NCBI GenBank assembly: GCA_000165425.1
Contig: CT868341.1
Coordinates: 124,001 to 188,000 of the forward strand
Reading direction: 5' to 3'
DNA: 64,000 nucleotides
Source of the DNA: Paramecium tetraurelia
Lineage: Eukaryota
In this document: piece by piece, positions 12,121 through 27,492 of the stretch
Layout: every line of letters starts with the position of its first letter
Position numbering within the stretch: position 1 is the stretch's first letter
The notes under the pieces: model-generated
The model's database searches: none
Told to the model about the DNA's origin: nothing
What the model saw: only the letters and a program-made list of their open reading frames with translations
Made by a program: the position numbers and the translations under genes

Positions 12121-13790
12121 ATGAATCCTTATAAAGAGAATGCAAAATTATCTTTGGATTAATTGATAGAAAAAAGAGTAAATCTATAATAGTATTAAGT
12201 AAGTGTGGGACAGGGAGATATTAAGTTTTAGCATTGTCAATTTTAGTATTTATTGATTTGAATGATGGATGCGAGTTAATTTTAATGAGTTTTTTAATGC
12301 CTATTCTAAAATCTGAGTGGCAACTAACAAGTTTGTAAATCTAAGTCTTAACCAGCATTTTTTATTTGGGTAGAGTCTTCTATTTCAAAATAGACAAGGA
12401 ATGGTATTAGGTTCAATATTGACTGGATTTGTAGCAGATCGAAAAGGTAGATTGAAATGTATTTACTTATCGTGCATCATATAATTTTTTATGGCAAACA
12501 CCTTTTTGCTTTGTACAAATTTTTATCATATGATTTTTGCAAGGTTCGGATATGGTTTTGTTTATGGTATTTTGTACAATTAATTGACAAGGATTTTCAA
12601 TTCCTTTGACAACGACAATGATATCAGAAATTACTGCACCTGATGTAAGGGGACGATTTTTAATCATTATCAATTTCTTTGTATCCGTTGGCAAAATTTA
12701 TGCATTTTTATTGGCATTTTTCTGTCTTGAAAATTTCAATTAAGGACATTGGAGATTAATGATGAGTCTAAGTTCAACAACTTCCTTGATTGTAGGAATT
12801 TTGGCATGGATCTATTTAATGGAGAGTCCTAGATACTTAATGGGTAGTGGTTAGGTAGTGGAAGGTTTAAATATTATCGAAGAAATCATCCATAAAAATG
12901 AAAATAATACAGGGATTATAGGCAAACTATTTAAAACTGTGTAACCAGAGGTATCTTCAGATCCATTTAAAGGATCAAAGTATAATTATATGTTATTATG
13001 TTAAGATATGGATATATTTCAGCTAAAGAGAGAATAGCAATAGAAAAATGGGTAACTAAAGTGTTTCGTTCTGAAAAAAGAGGAACACTTAGAGAATTGT
13101 TTAGCAAGAATAATAAAAGCACAACCATAAGATTATGGATAGTATGGTTTTGTATTAATTTTGTAATTTGTGCTATAAACTATATCTTAGATGTATTTTG
13201 GATAGTTACTTATTCTTCCGTTCATCTTAGGATAGAATAAGAAAACATTTGTTGACTATTTGATAACTGTTTTAGGTGAAATACCTTCAATCATCCTATC
13301 ATTGTTAATAGTTGAAATTCCTTTTCTAGGGAGAAAGAACACAATGACTATCTCATTTTTTTGTGCAACAATAATGCATGTTTGGTCTTATTATGCTTCT
13401 TGGCCATATTTTTTTGCTCGTTTTTTTATGAAAGAATGTTGGGCTATGCTTTATCCTTACTCTACCGAAATATTCCACACTTCGAACAGAACTTTAGGAT
13501 TTGGTAGTAGTGCTGCTATTGGAAGAATCGGAGCTGCCATTTCCCCTTATATTTTAATACCATTATTCGATTAAGAAGCACATTTACCCTTTTTGGCCTT
13601 TGCTGTAAGTTCTGTCATTTCTATGTTATCTACCATCACATTACCTTATGATACAGTTGGCAAATCATTAGATTTTTAGAAGTAAAGACAAGTTTATATA
13701 CATAGTTCGGAAGGGGAAGTGGAGAGCAATAAGGAGGATGAAATTAAAGAAATTATGATGGTTTTAATTGAAAAAAAAAATTAGAACTGA
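12121..13790 (+). CDS. MFS transporter, SV2/SVOP-like
   Basis: GTGRYQ...DGCELILMS, GFVADRKGR (MFS motif A), ESPRYL, LGRKNT, YSTEIFHTSNRTLGFG...GRIGAAISP, PYDT motifs; many hydrophobic helices. Confidence 0.9.
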
Positions 13791-13818
13791 AATAAAATTT
13801 ATATTTATTTATTATTAA

Positions 13819-14679
13819 ATGGATCCTAATGCCTAAATCAATGAGAGGTACACAAAATTATAGGAAAAATTGGGGGCTCTTTAATTCGAAGTTGATAACA
13901 CAAAGGATGCAAAAATTGATGAAATTTATGACAGAATCAATTAAGCTAAAAGTGAATTGAAGGATATTATCAATAATTACAGTGAATAACTTGTACTTAA
14001 TTCTGTTAACAATAGGGATAACTGACAGGTTAATTCCAAGATCTAACAAAATAATTTGAAAAACAAAATGAAAAATATAGTTCCTCACATGAACAAAAGT
14101 TAAAAGAAATCAAGAATTTAGAGAGCAAACTATAGAAAAAGCTGGATGACGATACTAAAGCTAATAGAGAACAAAGCGAATAAGTATTGTCTGGCTACGA
14201 TTAATAAGTAAGATTTCATTTAATTTACTGACAGGTTTAAGAATTACTTTAATAGATAGGGTAGGAAATTAAAGTGAGAAACTAATAAGTAAATATCATA
14301 AATACAACTTTACAAAATGATTTACCTACATTGTGGTAATATAATGTTTAAGAAAATTAAGAAAGAGTTCAAGAAGATCAATCTATTGTGAAAAAAGCAA
14401 GTTAAGAAATTTCCAAATTGTTTGATTAAGCTAATCAAGGTAAATCGCAAAGGTAACACAAATATATATTTTTTCAAAAGAGAAGATGCAGAAGTTGGTA
14501 TATTCAACATGCTCAAAGAAGTTGTTATCAGAGTCAAAAGCGAATTAGAAGAAGAAAGATAAGTAAGGATGGATGGACATGAAGCATTATTATCAATCTT
14601 AGAAGAAGCTTATGAGAAAATGGAAGAGACACATGCCAAAGTATAAAAATAGAAGGCTGCCCTTTAAGAATCAAAATGA
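13819..14679 (+). CDS. SF-assemblin/beta-giardin-like (striated rootlet) coiled-coil protein
   Basis: Coiled coil of about 260 aa ending FNMLKEVVIRVKSELEEERQVRMDGHEALLSILEEAYEK, resembling the ciliate SF-assemblin C-terminus; three short introns. Confidence 0.6.
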
Positions 14680-14762
14680 TATATAATAATCAGTTTATTT
14701 TATCATCTTTCATAGAAATTAATAAGTTTGTTTATAATTTAAATAAATTAAAAGAATTTAAC

Positions 14763-16388
14763 TCAACCTCTTTTTACATATACATTTCGATCTAATTTTT
14801 TATTAGTTTACTTCGCTTAGTCCTAATTTTAGTAGTTTTCCAGTGTCTTTAAAAAGGCTTCATCATTGATTTTTATAGTTTCTTAGTTACTTTATTGATC
14901 TCTTTCCGCAATTGTCATTCTAGTTTGACTACCATGTAGGGCCCTACTTCCTTTTTTTTCATTGGTTTTGTATAGTTTTAATCTAAATGAATCTTCACCA
15001 CTCTTTTATTTTAACAATTCATATGCATATTATAAATTTTAGTAATCTAACCATAATTCTTCATAGCTTTATTTCAATTTCAGTTCCTATTCAACAAAAT
15101 TCTGAGCTTAACTCTCAATTATTGTTTAAAGCTCGTACTCTTTATTTGATAATAGCACATTAGCTTTTCTCTATTCATCAACATTTAATTAAAAATGCTA
15201 TTCAACTGATGAAACTTAATGCCTCAAATCTGAAACTAATTATTGTAATTATTGGTTTTCATTTTATAGACATGATATTTTTGAGTCTTTTTTATTAAGC
15301 TTCTATTGAAGATTGGTAGTTAAATCAATATATTTTGTGGCTTCCTCCAATTAGATTTATAAGGCTTAGATTTCTCTAAGAATAAATGCGTTTAATACAA
15401 TTTATAATTTCTTTCTAATGATTTTTTACCATCTTCAATTTATTGTAATTCCTTTCTTGTATGATCATGCAAGGCTTCTGTTTACTAAAGTTTATCTATA
15501 ATAGTTAGTAATTCTAAAGTAATTAAGGAAGAGTTTACAATTTATTTTAGCATTTGCAATTTCAACTTCATATTTTAACTTTTAATTTTCGTCTTAAATA
15601 AAGGAGAATCTTTCTTTTTAATTGAGAATGTGTTCTTACAATTATTCAATAACCTCCTTTGATGTTTTAACTTAATCCTCATAATTTGATGAGATATTAT
15701 TTAATTAAGAAGTATTTTACTTCTTTAGATGTTCCACTTATTTGATTAATTTAACTTCCTTTTCATTTTAATAATTTTCAAATTAGTTTTATAATTACTA
15801 ATTCTAATAATAATTTGAATTCATATTTACTTTGTCCAAGGCCTGTTTCAGTTTGAATGTTAAATCAGCTTCTCTTCTTTAAAGATCAAGAACTTTTTTA
15901 TTAATCGTTGTTTCAGTTTCAACCATATTTCTATCTTTTGAAATTGAATTTTTCCTCAGTTGATTCACTCTTTCTTCAGTGTCTCTAATTTACTATTTCA
16001 GCTATCCTATTTCATAATCCTTCTTGTCATTTATATCAAGTAAGGTCTTTATTTTATTATTACTTTCTATGAATGTCTCTTCCAATTAATTTTGCAATCT
16101 AATGATGATAATTATTAAAGCGTACAATTCATAATTTATATGCAACTATTCAATCTTTTTTTGTTGCTCATTGTCTTTTAATAAAAATGATATTATGTCC
16201 TGTTTCAATCCATCTTAATCTCTTGCAACAGCTAATTAAAATGTATTTAATCTTTCCTAAAATTCTGTTTCCATATTTTTAATTTAAATATCCTTTTATT
16301 TTATCACTTTTTTTAATGTTTCTAAATTGTCAATCACCTCTATTGGATCAAATTATTACAATTAGTAGGAATTGTTTGCTTATTTCAT
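14763..16388 (-). CDS. Coiled-coil protein of unknown function
   Basis: Long E/Q/K-rich frame from ATG 16388 (DPIEVIDNLETLKKVIKQKD...) to TGA 14763 with short introns. Confidence 0.65.
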
Positions 16389-16730
16389 ATAATAATATAT
16401 TTTATTTTTATTTAATAAGTTAGAAATGTAAAATAGCTTTTAAATCAAAATTTATATTAAAAAATATCATTATATTTCTGAATTTCATTTCCATATATTG
16501 TGAGTTTTAAACTAAGTAAAAGTTTTAAATTAAGTATTTTATTCTTATTTATATTTGATAAATATATTTTAATGATGATGGATCTTCAACTCTCTTTATT
16601 CGATATAAAACCATTCTATTATTCAGTTTTAAGGATAGACTTAGTATTAGATTGTAACAAAGAAGTTTGAAAAAATAGATGAAACAGTTAATTTATAAAC
16701 TTATTCTTAATAATCAATAATCGGATTATT

Positions 16731-16997
16731 TCAAGCTTTCCATAATAAGAAATACAATTCTTTGTGTTGATAAAAAATGTATTTTTTTGTTTAATGAATT
16801 ACGTGACTTCCGAAGTTTCTTCCTACAATGCAATTCCAACCAAATTGATCAAATTTATCAAACTCATATTTAATATGATGAGCAATTTGTTTCTCAGACC
16901 TAAATTGTTGCATAGCTGATTATGTAATATCAGTAACTTTCTTAATGAAATCTTCATCCATGTCTGTGGCCTTTATTTGAAGTTTTATCTATTCCAT
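16731..16997 (-). CDS. Dynein light chain LC8 family (divergent), 88 aa
   Basis: IKATDMDEDF...EKQIAHHIKYEFDK...[23 protein letters not shown]...FLLWKA*; LC8 signature CIVGRNFGS; intronless. Confidence 0.92.
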
Positions 16998-17095
16998 TGT
17001 TATTAAAATGAAATATATTAATTAAATAAATTTTTAATAGATGTGAAATAATAAAATTAGGCCTTATAAAAAACATGGATACAATATTGTTTTCA

Positions 17096-17789
17096 TCACT
17101 TATCGATCAGAAAATTTGGTTTATACCTGAAGTACTATTCCAAGTCGACTCTATTATTCAGTATGAAAAATCGAGCCCAACCTAATTAGGCAAAAAACAT
17201 TCTAGTTATTTGTTATAACTTCGAGCTTTCTTTGAGCATCCTTTTGAATTCGAAATATCCTAGTCGTTAAGGTGATTCCACAAATTTTTTTATTTCATCA
17301 TATGACTAATATGATTCTTCAAAATTAAATTCTACTTTATGATTAGAAATATTTACAGATAAAGTGTTTTAAATTTTAACATATGTTATAATACATGTTT
17401 TTTGTTTCGCCTGGATAGACATATTTAGGTAAATTGGTTCTTGAATGACACTTTCCCTATAGTTTCTAACAATAATCCTTGTCGTCACTAAAGGATTAAA
17501 ACTTTTAATGTTAATCTTGTTTTTAATCTACCTATTCAAAATCATTTTATTGAGAGTTTTTTCTTCTATAAGTTTTATTAAACATCTTCATCCTCTTTAT
17601 CTTATTTAAATTTTTGGTTTAGTTCTTTTCATTATTGATACTTTTATTGCCAAAGATTTTTGATACAGATAGACGAATGATGTTTCCTTTCTCATTACTA
17701 TTCTAACTTTCTTTTGAATTTGAATGAGACGATTCATCATTCTCGGTATAAAATCCTAATATGTGTTTATCATCATATTATCTGGACAT
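17096..17789 (-). CDS. Possible hypothetical protein (3' end uncertain)
   Basis: ATG 17789 opens MSRQYDDKHILGFYTENDESSHSNSKESQ... for over 100 codons in table 6; no domain recognised. Confidence 0.35.
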
Positions 17790-19058
17790 TGCAGTATGTA
17801 AGAATTTTAATTGAATTTAATTTAATTTAAAAAGCAGTTATGATACATTTTCTATTTTTAAATATTTCTAAAGTTTCAGCTTTTATCAGAATAACAAGAA
17901 AAGTGTCTCTTTCAAAAGAATTTTAAACTGCTCTTATATTTTACAGTTTTAAATATAAGAACTCTGTACCCATAAAAAGTGTAAAGCAAAGGAGAATAAA
18001 ATCTTATTTGTAACTTCTCTTAAATTGATTCAAAATCCTGCTAAAATAGTATGATTAATCTAACAAAAGTAAATAGATATATCTATTCAGTCGTCTATAA
18101 TTCATATCAACCATTATTAGTATTCCTCTGCATTAAATTAATTGAATTGAATATACCACTGTGCATTAATTTAAACTTTAGAGTGTTAATAGTAGTTTAT
18201 AATAGGTATTTATAATAACTATGATTTGCTTTATGCTTTGAGATATGAGGATACTTACTAATTAATTTAATCATACTCAATAGATAATGAGCTAGCTCTG
18301 ATAGGTTTTGATTCCATTTATTAAACTTAAAAGAAATAATAATAATAATTTATCCTTATGATGATTTTTCTTATGTTGACAATAGAGGTATGAGGGTAAT
18401 TTTTTTTTCTAATTTTAATATCCATTCTACAAAACATGTAGACATGTTTTAATAATAATGTTAATGAGTTTATTGAAATAGTGTTTTAAGTATTGAATTC
18501 TTAATCTAATCATCTATTAAAATAATTACAATAATTAGAATACATATAATAAAGTTCATAATTCTACTGTTAATTTAAAATACTGTTAATCTATTTATTA
18601 TGACTTTGAGAAAGTATGTTATTAATTAATAGCAATCATTACTTATTGGTGATGAATTGGAATTATTAATTCCTATATATAGTGAAAATTGGGTAACTAA
18701 AAAAATTTGATCTAAGCTAATATTGATAAAATTGTTTAAATCTCTAAGAAAGTGCTGCTCAAATTAAAACTGAATTTATTCATATATGAAGTAACTATAG
18801 GGTGATAAGAGTAGAATATTGATGAATAATGAGTTAGATATCATTGGTTGGATAGGAGAATAATTTCACATATATTATATTTTTGAGTGTCTTCTAAATT
18901 TAAATAAGAATATTAAATTAAATTAATACTTTTTATAAATTCATTTTATTGTTTTTATGCTTTATGTATAGAAAGCATATTTGACGAAAAAATTATAACA
19001 ATGAAGTTATATTTGAATAGTGAATAAGGTGAGTTTTTAAGTTAGATTACATTATAAT

Positions 19059-19991
19059 TCATTATTATACATATTATTCAATATTCGCTATTTACGCTAG
19101 ATAATCTTTTAATTGTATCAGATAGATCAATCGATAACAAATTTAGCCCTCTTGTTCAGTCTTCATATAGTCAGAGACTTGTTGAGTCTATTTGGATCCT
19201 TCACTTAGGAATCTAAATGAAACAACAGACTTTTGCAAAAATACAAAGTCCTCAAACTTTTAGAATATCAAGTCGTTGAGATCTGAAGTAGATTTCTAAT
19301 GTTTAGAAGTGTTTTTACTTTTTAGGTTTACTTTTATTAGTCATTATCTTTAAAACACTTGGTAATGACGAGTAGGTAATCTAGATTAGTGAGTGAATTA
19401 GATGGGTCTTCTTTTTGTAACCAATTGATATCTTCTTTCTAGAATCGAATTCATAAATTACAAGTTGATTATGCAAAATGGGAACAAGTTGAGGAGCCAA
19501 ATTAAGAATCCTCTCATTAATAAATAAACCTATTTTCTTAGGTGTTTAAAAGATGTGTTACAATTGCTGATGTTGTTTATTGTATTATTGTGATTTAGTA
19601 TCTACGTAATGCAAGATTTCACCGATGGCATTGCTCCTATTGATGATTAAATTCTAAGTTACTTAATTTCACCAATATTTAATATTGTAGTAAAACCAAA
19701 AACATTGTCTTCATCCTCTTGTCCAACCATGGTTCCCAATTCAACTTGATCGCATATGATGTTGGCCAACTCAGAAGATTTAAAGCTTATTCCCTCTAAA
19801 TAGCCATTGATAAATGTTTTAATGGAGTGAAATTATTTTTGATTTGGATCGAGGAATACAAAGTCAAGATTAACTTCCTCTTCCATATCTCCCTTATTAT
19901 GCACATTTATTGGTTGTTCAACTTCCTCCTCTTCTGAATCCTCATCTTCATAATCTCTCTATTTTCTCTTGTCTTAATTACCTTAATTCAT
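19059..19991 (-). CDS. BCCIP: BCCIP/Bcp1 family protein (uL14 chaperone, 60S biogenesis)
   Basis: Acidic N-terminus, then VNLDFVFLDP...FHSIK...ELANII..Q...GTMV...DNVFGFTTILN...GLFINERILNLAPQLVPILHNQL; two short introns. Confidence 0.88.
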
Positions 19992-20013
19992 TAATTTTAA
20001 TAGTGATCAATAA

Positions 20014-21475
20014 ATGGATCAAACCAAGAAAAAAATAAAACCTAATTAAATTACTCTCCTTCCCCCAGATACAAGAGTATTCGTGACTCTGATTAATCCT
20101 TATGGGGAAGAAGCCTAAAAATCCTTAGAACTATCAGTGAACACAACAAAAGAAGAATTGCAATCAATTTTATAATAATTGGTGAAAACAGAGGAAGATT
20201 AAGTTTATTCATTCTTCCACAACAATATAGAATTAGTCGACACATTAAACCAATTAATTGCTTCAGATCCTGAATACAAATTGGAAAACACCTTTTCTCT
20301 AACATATCATCCCTAATCTCTCTTTCGAATTCAGCCTATCACACGATAAACAGCTGCTTTAGAAGGTCATGAATAGCCTGTGTTATGCGTTCAATTCAGA
20401 ACCCAAGGAGATGTCTTAGCAACAGGAAGTGGAGACACCACAATAAGATTATGGGATATGTTGACAGAAACACCAATAGCTACACTCAAAGGCCATAAAA
20501 ATTGGGTATTATGCTTAGCATGGAGTCCTGATTGCAAATACATAGCCTCTGGTAGTCATGATGGTTAAGTTTGCATTTGGGATGTTGAAACTAATCAATT
20601 AAAAGGGTAACCATTAATAGGACACACCAAATGGGTAACTAGTATAGCCTGGTAACCTATGCATTTAGATGAAGAATGCACCTTGGTTGCTTCATCTTCA
20701 AAAGACGGCAGTGTTAGAATTTGGAGTAGAATCTCATTGTCTTGTTTAATATCCATCAATGCTCATCAAAAAGCGATTACTAAGTACATTTTCTATTAAA
20801 TCTAGAATGCTTTGGGGTGGTTAAGGATACATCTATACAGCATCAGAAGATACTACAATTGGAGTGTGGAATAAATCAGGAAAAAGAGTATAAGAATTAA
20901 AAGGCCATGGTCATTGGGTCAATTCCATTGCCTTACATACTGATTACACAATTAGATGCGCTTGTTTTAGCGAAGGGAATACTGAGATTAACAGAAAATA
21001 GGCTAAGGTCCTTTATGATAAGATGCTGAATGGAAAAAATGAGAGACTTGTGAGTGCTAGTGATGATTAAACTTTGATGTTGTGGGAATATACATCTTCA
21101 AAGCCAAAAGTTAGAATGACTGGGCATCAATAACAAGTGAATCATGTATAATTCTCACCAGATGGGAGATATATTGTTTCAGCTAGTTTTGATAAGAGTT
21201 TGAGGATTTGGGATGGTTACAATGGGAATTGGATTGCTACTTTGAGAGGTCATGTTGGCTCAGTTTATTAAGTTTCATGGTCTAGTGATTCCAGATATAT
21301 GTTGTCTGCTTCCAAGGATTCTACTTTGAAATTGTGGTCTTTATAAAAGAAGAAGTTAGCCTTTGATTTACCTGGACATGCAGATGAAGTCTATGCTGTT
21401 GATTGGGCTCCAATTGGAGGAGAAAAGGCTGGAAGTGGAGGCAAGGATAGAAGGGTTAAGATTTGGAGACATTGA
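20014..21475 (+). CDS. NLE1: Notchless/Rsa4 WD40 protein (pre-60S factor)
   Basis: N-terminal NLE domain (LENTFSLTYHPQSLFRIQPITR...EGH), WD40 repeats (ATGSGDTTIRLWD, GHKNWVLCLAWSPD, RMTGHQQQVNHVQFSPDG), terminal DLPGHADEVYAVDW...SGGKDRRVKIWRH*. Confidence 0.93.
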
Positions 21476-21577
21476 ACTCTCTTTTTTGTTGTTAATATTA
21501 TATTAAAGTGTATATCGACGACGATATAAAATGGGGTTTATAAATTCTTAAAAACTATAAATATCTTTATTTTATTA

Positions 21578-23217
<1,640 letters not shown>

Positions 23218-23518
23218 TTATGATGTATTATTATTTAGATACATTTCATATAATTTAAGGAATTATTTATTATTTTTATCATATAATCATTATCTAAATA
23301 CTATTAATATAACTAAAATGCTTAAAAATAAAATCAAATATGTCAATATAAATACAATTTATCTTTTATTAGAATGCAAGTTCTATAAATGCAAATAAAG
23401 CAAATAAATACAAACATTTAGGTACATAAAACCAAGTAGAAATATATGAATTGATTCATTATAAAACTCTTTATTTATATTAACTTATTTTTTATAATAT
23501 ACTGATGTATTTATTTGT

Positions 23519-24020
23519 TCAAATAATTTCTACAAATGCCTTTGGGTGTTAGAAAGTTTATTCTTTTGGAATAACAACTGCTGCTCCTCTTGGTTAAACT
23601 GGTTATCGCTTTGTTGAAATGACTTGCTTATTCTTCTTTGCTTCAGTCTTTTTCTTATCATTTTCTTAGACTCTCTTGACAAATTCTTATCTGCATTTTG
23701 AGGGTCTCAAGTGATCAGCTCTAACATGGAAACGCTTTTCGACATATCTTCCTCTCACTCTTCTTTGTAAAGAGACACCAATTCCTCTTGGATTGACATT
23801 GAATACTCTTGCAGTTCTGCCGTGATAATATTAAAATGGAACACCTTTGTGTTAAGCACCATCAACCAAAATATCAACAAAATCACCTTAAGATTATTAA
23901 CAAAGACTTACCTCTTTTGAATGTTTAAAGGGTTTTTCTTATTGAAATGTTTCCATGTCCTCTGAATGGTTTGGCAAACTTACTTCTAGTACCCTTTTTT
24001 AAACCGTAACTATGAGTCAT
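23519..24020 (-). CDS. RPL21: 60S ribosomal protein eL21
   Basis: MTHSYGLKKGTRSKF...GDFVDI...HKGVPFQYYHGRTARVFNV...KRFHVRADHLRPSKCR; one 25-nt intron. Confidence 0.96.
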
Positions 24021-24115
24021 ATTTTGATAATTTAATTTATGGATTTGCTATCACATTTAAATATATATATTTAACATAAAAATATATATAAAGCTATATG
24101 AAAAAATTAATCTCA

Positions 24116-25707
24116 TCATACATTCATCTTTCTTACTTTAATTGCATCTTACTTGTCTGCCAATTCTTTCAGTAAAGGTTTATTATGCATTAATTCCTCA
24201 TTATTCATTTTATTTCTGGGTCTCTACTACGATTTTCTTTCGTCTATTTATTACTTTAAAATATCTTGATGCTTCAAATTAACATCCTTTATGTAATTAA
24301 ATTTTTATTTCTCATGTGTTTAATACATTTATAGATCTTATTACCAAACCTAAGCCTACTTTTTATTTAATTCTTCCTCTTCTTTTACTTTCTATCTTAA
24401 ATAATGGTTTTATATTTACCTTTTATCATCCATCTACTTGTTTAAATATTATCTCATCTCCTATTGTTGTTATTTAATTTATCTTCTTTTTTGATCTTCA
24501 TCATTTTATTCTATTTGATTTTGCATTAGTATGGCTTTCATCATTTTATCATCCTCAGCTCTACTTCTAAATACGATATTACTTGATTTGATCTTTTTGA
24601 TTCTTAACTACTGTTTATGAAAAATCACTCATAATCTTTTTTATTTTATCCTCTCTCTCCTTCTTTTCTAATTCTCTCTCTTACTCTAATTTTTATTGTA
24701 AATCTATATATTTCCTTTACATATCAATTTCCTATTGTTTCTCTGTTATTTCATCATGAATTTGTTTCTATCTATTTTTTTCATTCTCTTCCATCATTTC
24801 CATAAACTTTCTCTTCTCTAGCTCCTTCCTCTGAAGCACTTCCCTTTACTCTTATTTTAATTCTTCCTAAATTCTTTGAACCAATACTGCATCCTATTCT
24901 GATTATCTCTTTTTCTCTAAAAATCTTCTCTTTTCCTCTTCCCTAACTTATCGATCTCTTTGCTCTTTTTCCAACTACTACTTTCTTTCTTTCTCCTTCT
25001 TCTTCTAATCTTCTCGTTGATCATACACATTCATTTGGTAATCTCTGATCTTTACATAAGCTTCTTCCTGTTTCTTCTCTCCCTCTAATCTCCTTCTTTT
25101 CTCCTCTAATTATCTATCAAGCTCTGCTTTCATTTTTTTTTTAAACTCTCCCTACCTTTGCATTTCTAGTTATTGTTCCTTTGTGTGAAGTTCCGTATCA
25201 AATTTAACCAAAGCAGCCCATTCATCTTCATCATCGACAACGTAAACAGATTTTGGTGCTTTTTCAAATTATGAAGACGTAACAGAATATTGATCTGCAT
25301 CCCTCTCAGATCTAACTGAACTCTTCACAGTTTAAGGTCGAGCATTTTGCGATTTCTATTCACTTCTATTGTCAATTTAAGTATTTAAGGATGGGTTTTA
25401 TTAAGTTTAACTTTGATATTTTTATTTTTGAATTGCCTCTTAGACTCTTGTCTTCAATTATTTTAAAGAATTTTCGGTAACCTAACATTTTTATTCTTGA
25501 TACTTGCTCATTCGCGAAGTATTCATTAACTATCTACTAAATTAACACTTCCTTATTCTTGTTGCCTTATGCGAAATCTTTTGAAAATTTGCTAATCAAC
25601 ATTTCTCTCAATTGCTCTCTTTGTTGAATTAGTCCTGCTCTCTCAATAGCTGATTTAACTCTAGCAGAACCTGATCGAACAGTTTTACTTTTTAGAGAGT
25701 TGTTCAT
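24116..25707 (-). CDS. Charged long-helix (trichohyalin/TPH-like) protein, possibly a ciliary microtubule inner protein
   Basis: DEDEWAALVKFD followed by long E/K/R/Q helices; terminal MNNEELMHNKPLLKEL motif. Confidence 0.6.
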
Positions 25708-25975
25708 ATATAAATTAATTAGTAAAGTTATTATTCATATCTAATAAGTAATTTATTATTATTTTTTAATTCAAAGTGAATTTTGTCAGTTTTAATACTT
25801 AGGTTAATTATTTAGATGTAAGAAATATGCATTACATTATAAGTTAAACAAAGATCTCATTAAATAATAAATCAAATATAAGAAATATGATGATAATAAA
25901 ATATGGTATTAGTTTTTTCCTTGCATGCTATATTTCATTAACAACATTTGTGATCTTTTCTTCAGACATTTTAGT

Positions 25976-26386
25976 TCATTGAGAAACTCTTGTTCTACAA
26001 GTAGGGCATATATTATAGATTTACAACCATAAGGCTAAGCATGCTTAATGGAACTTATGATTGCATGCAGTAGTTACTAGTAAAATACTTGGTATGGGCA
26101 TTAAACAAATTGGACAGTCCTCCAAATCTCTGTTATATAGGCATAGTGTTTCTATTTAAACAATTTACTATTAATATTAAGATTCATTTAATTAACGCAC
26201 TTAAGCTTCTCTTTTTTTTTATATCCTGTCATATAAGCATTTACATAAGCAGACTAAAAATCCAAAAATCAACAATCCTGTGCTTAAAAATATCAAAATA
26301 ACTATAGCTTTATTAGAAGACTCATCATCATGTTCCTCTTCATGTTCTTCCCTTAATACTCGTAAAATAAATTCATAAGCTTTCAT
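25976..26386 (-). CDS. Small single-TM RING-H2 E3 ubiquitin ligase (ATL-like topology)
   Basis: TM helix AIVILIFLSTGLLIFGFLVCLC, then CPICLMP...ACNHKFHQACLALWLQIYNICPTCR. Confidence 0.85.
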
Positions 26387-27492
26387 TTATGATAACTCGG
26401 ATTACTAATCTAGTTATAAATTTTATTTCATAATTGATTCTTAACAGCGAGCTTTTCTAAATATTTTGATTTTAATAACCAATAATTTTTTAATTAAAAG
26501 AAATATGTTTTATGATATATGAAAAGAATATTGTGGTAAATAATGAAGATTTAAGTTTACAAAAAATGAAATTAAAATTATTTAGTTTCACTAAAAATAG
26601 AAATTTATTTAGTACAATTTGATTCCATTACTTTAGGGCAAATTGATATTATATTACAATAATTAATACTAACAATATTCTGATAACGATTGAGAATGTA
26701 TGTTTAATATTAAAGATTTTATTCAACAATTAGAAGGATGGCAAACATAATTTAAAAAGAACTCCATACTTGGATTTGCATGATATATCTATTGCAAATG
26801 ATAATGACCAATAATAAGCACCCAATATCTGTTTAACGTAAATATCTGAAGTTAACTTTACTGTTCCTAGGACATCAATGCAAGCTAACCCTTGTAATAT
26901 TCCAAGAGACTGGTTTAAATAATTTTTCTGGAATGTGGACAAAGCTCCATGATATAAGTTCAATATTATTACAAAATATTTCAGTACAACTACTTTATGA
27001 TATAATTAAATACAAATGCAATACTTACTATTTAAGCACATAAGGAAATTAAAAATAATTATATTCCAAAAAGAAATTCTACCCTGCTTAACAAATAAGA
27101 TAGATAAAGATTTGAATATTAAAAATATCATGTCATTCAAATACATTTTTAGAGCTTTGATTAAATAATGCATTATCGAATTTACAATTCTCTATGAAAT
27201 AACAATACATATGATATCGATGTCAGCCGATTGACCATAAAATTTATGAGAGATATTTAAAGTATATTAAATATCCTAATATAATTACCATTATGAAATC
27301 AATAATTCCTCTCACAACCTGTATGAATTATTCCTTTTAAAGAATTTTCATTAATAGTAGTAGGGTTGTATATAATTTTTTGATCCTCCAATTCATTCTA
27401 ACGATTGTTCATAGTTTCTTTTCATATTTTATTTTATAATCTTGTAAATTACAATTCCAACTCAATAGTGAAATATTTCATTAATTTAAATT

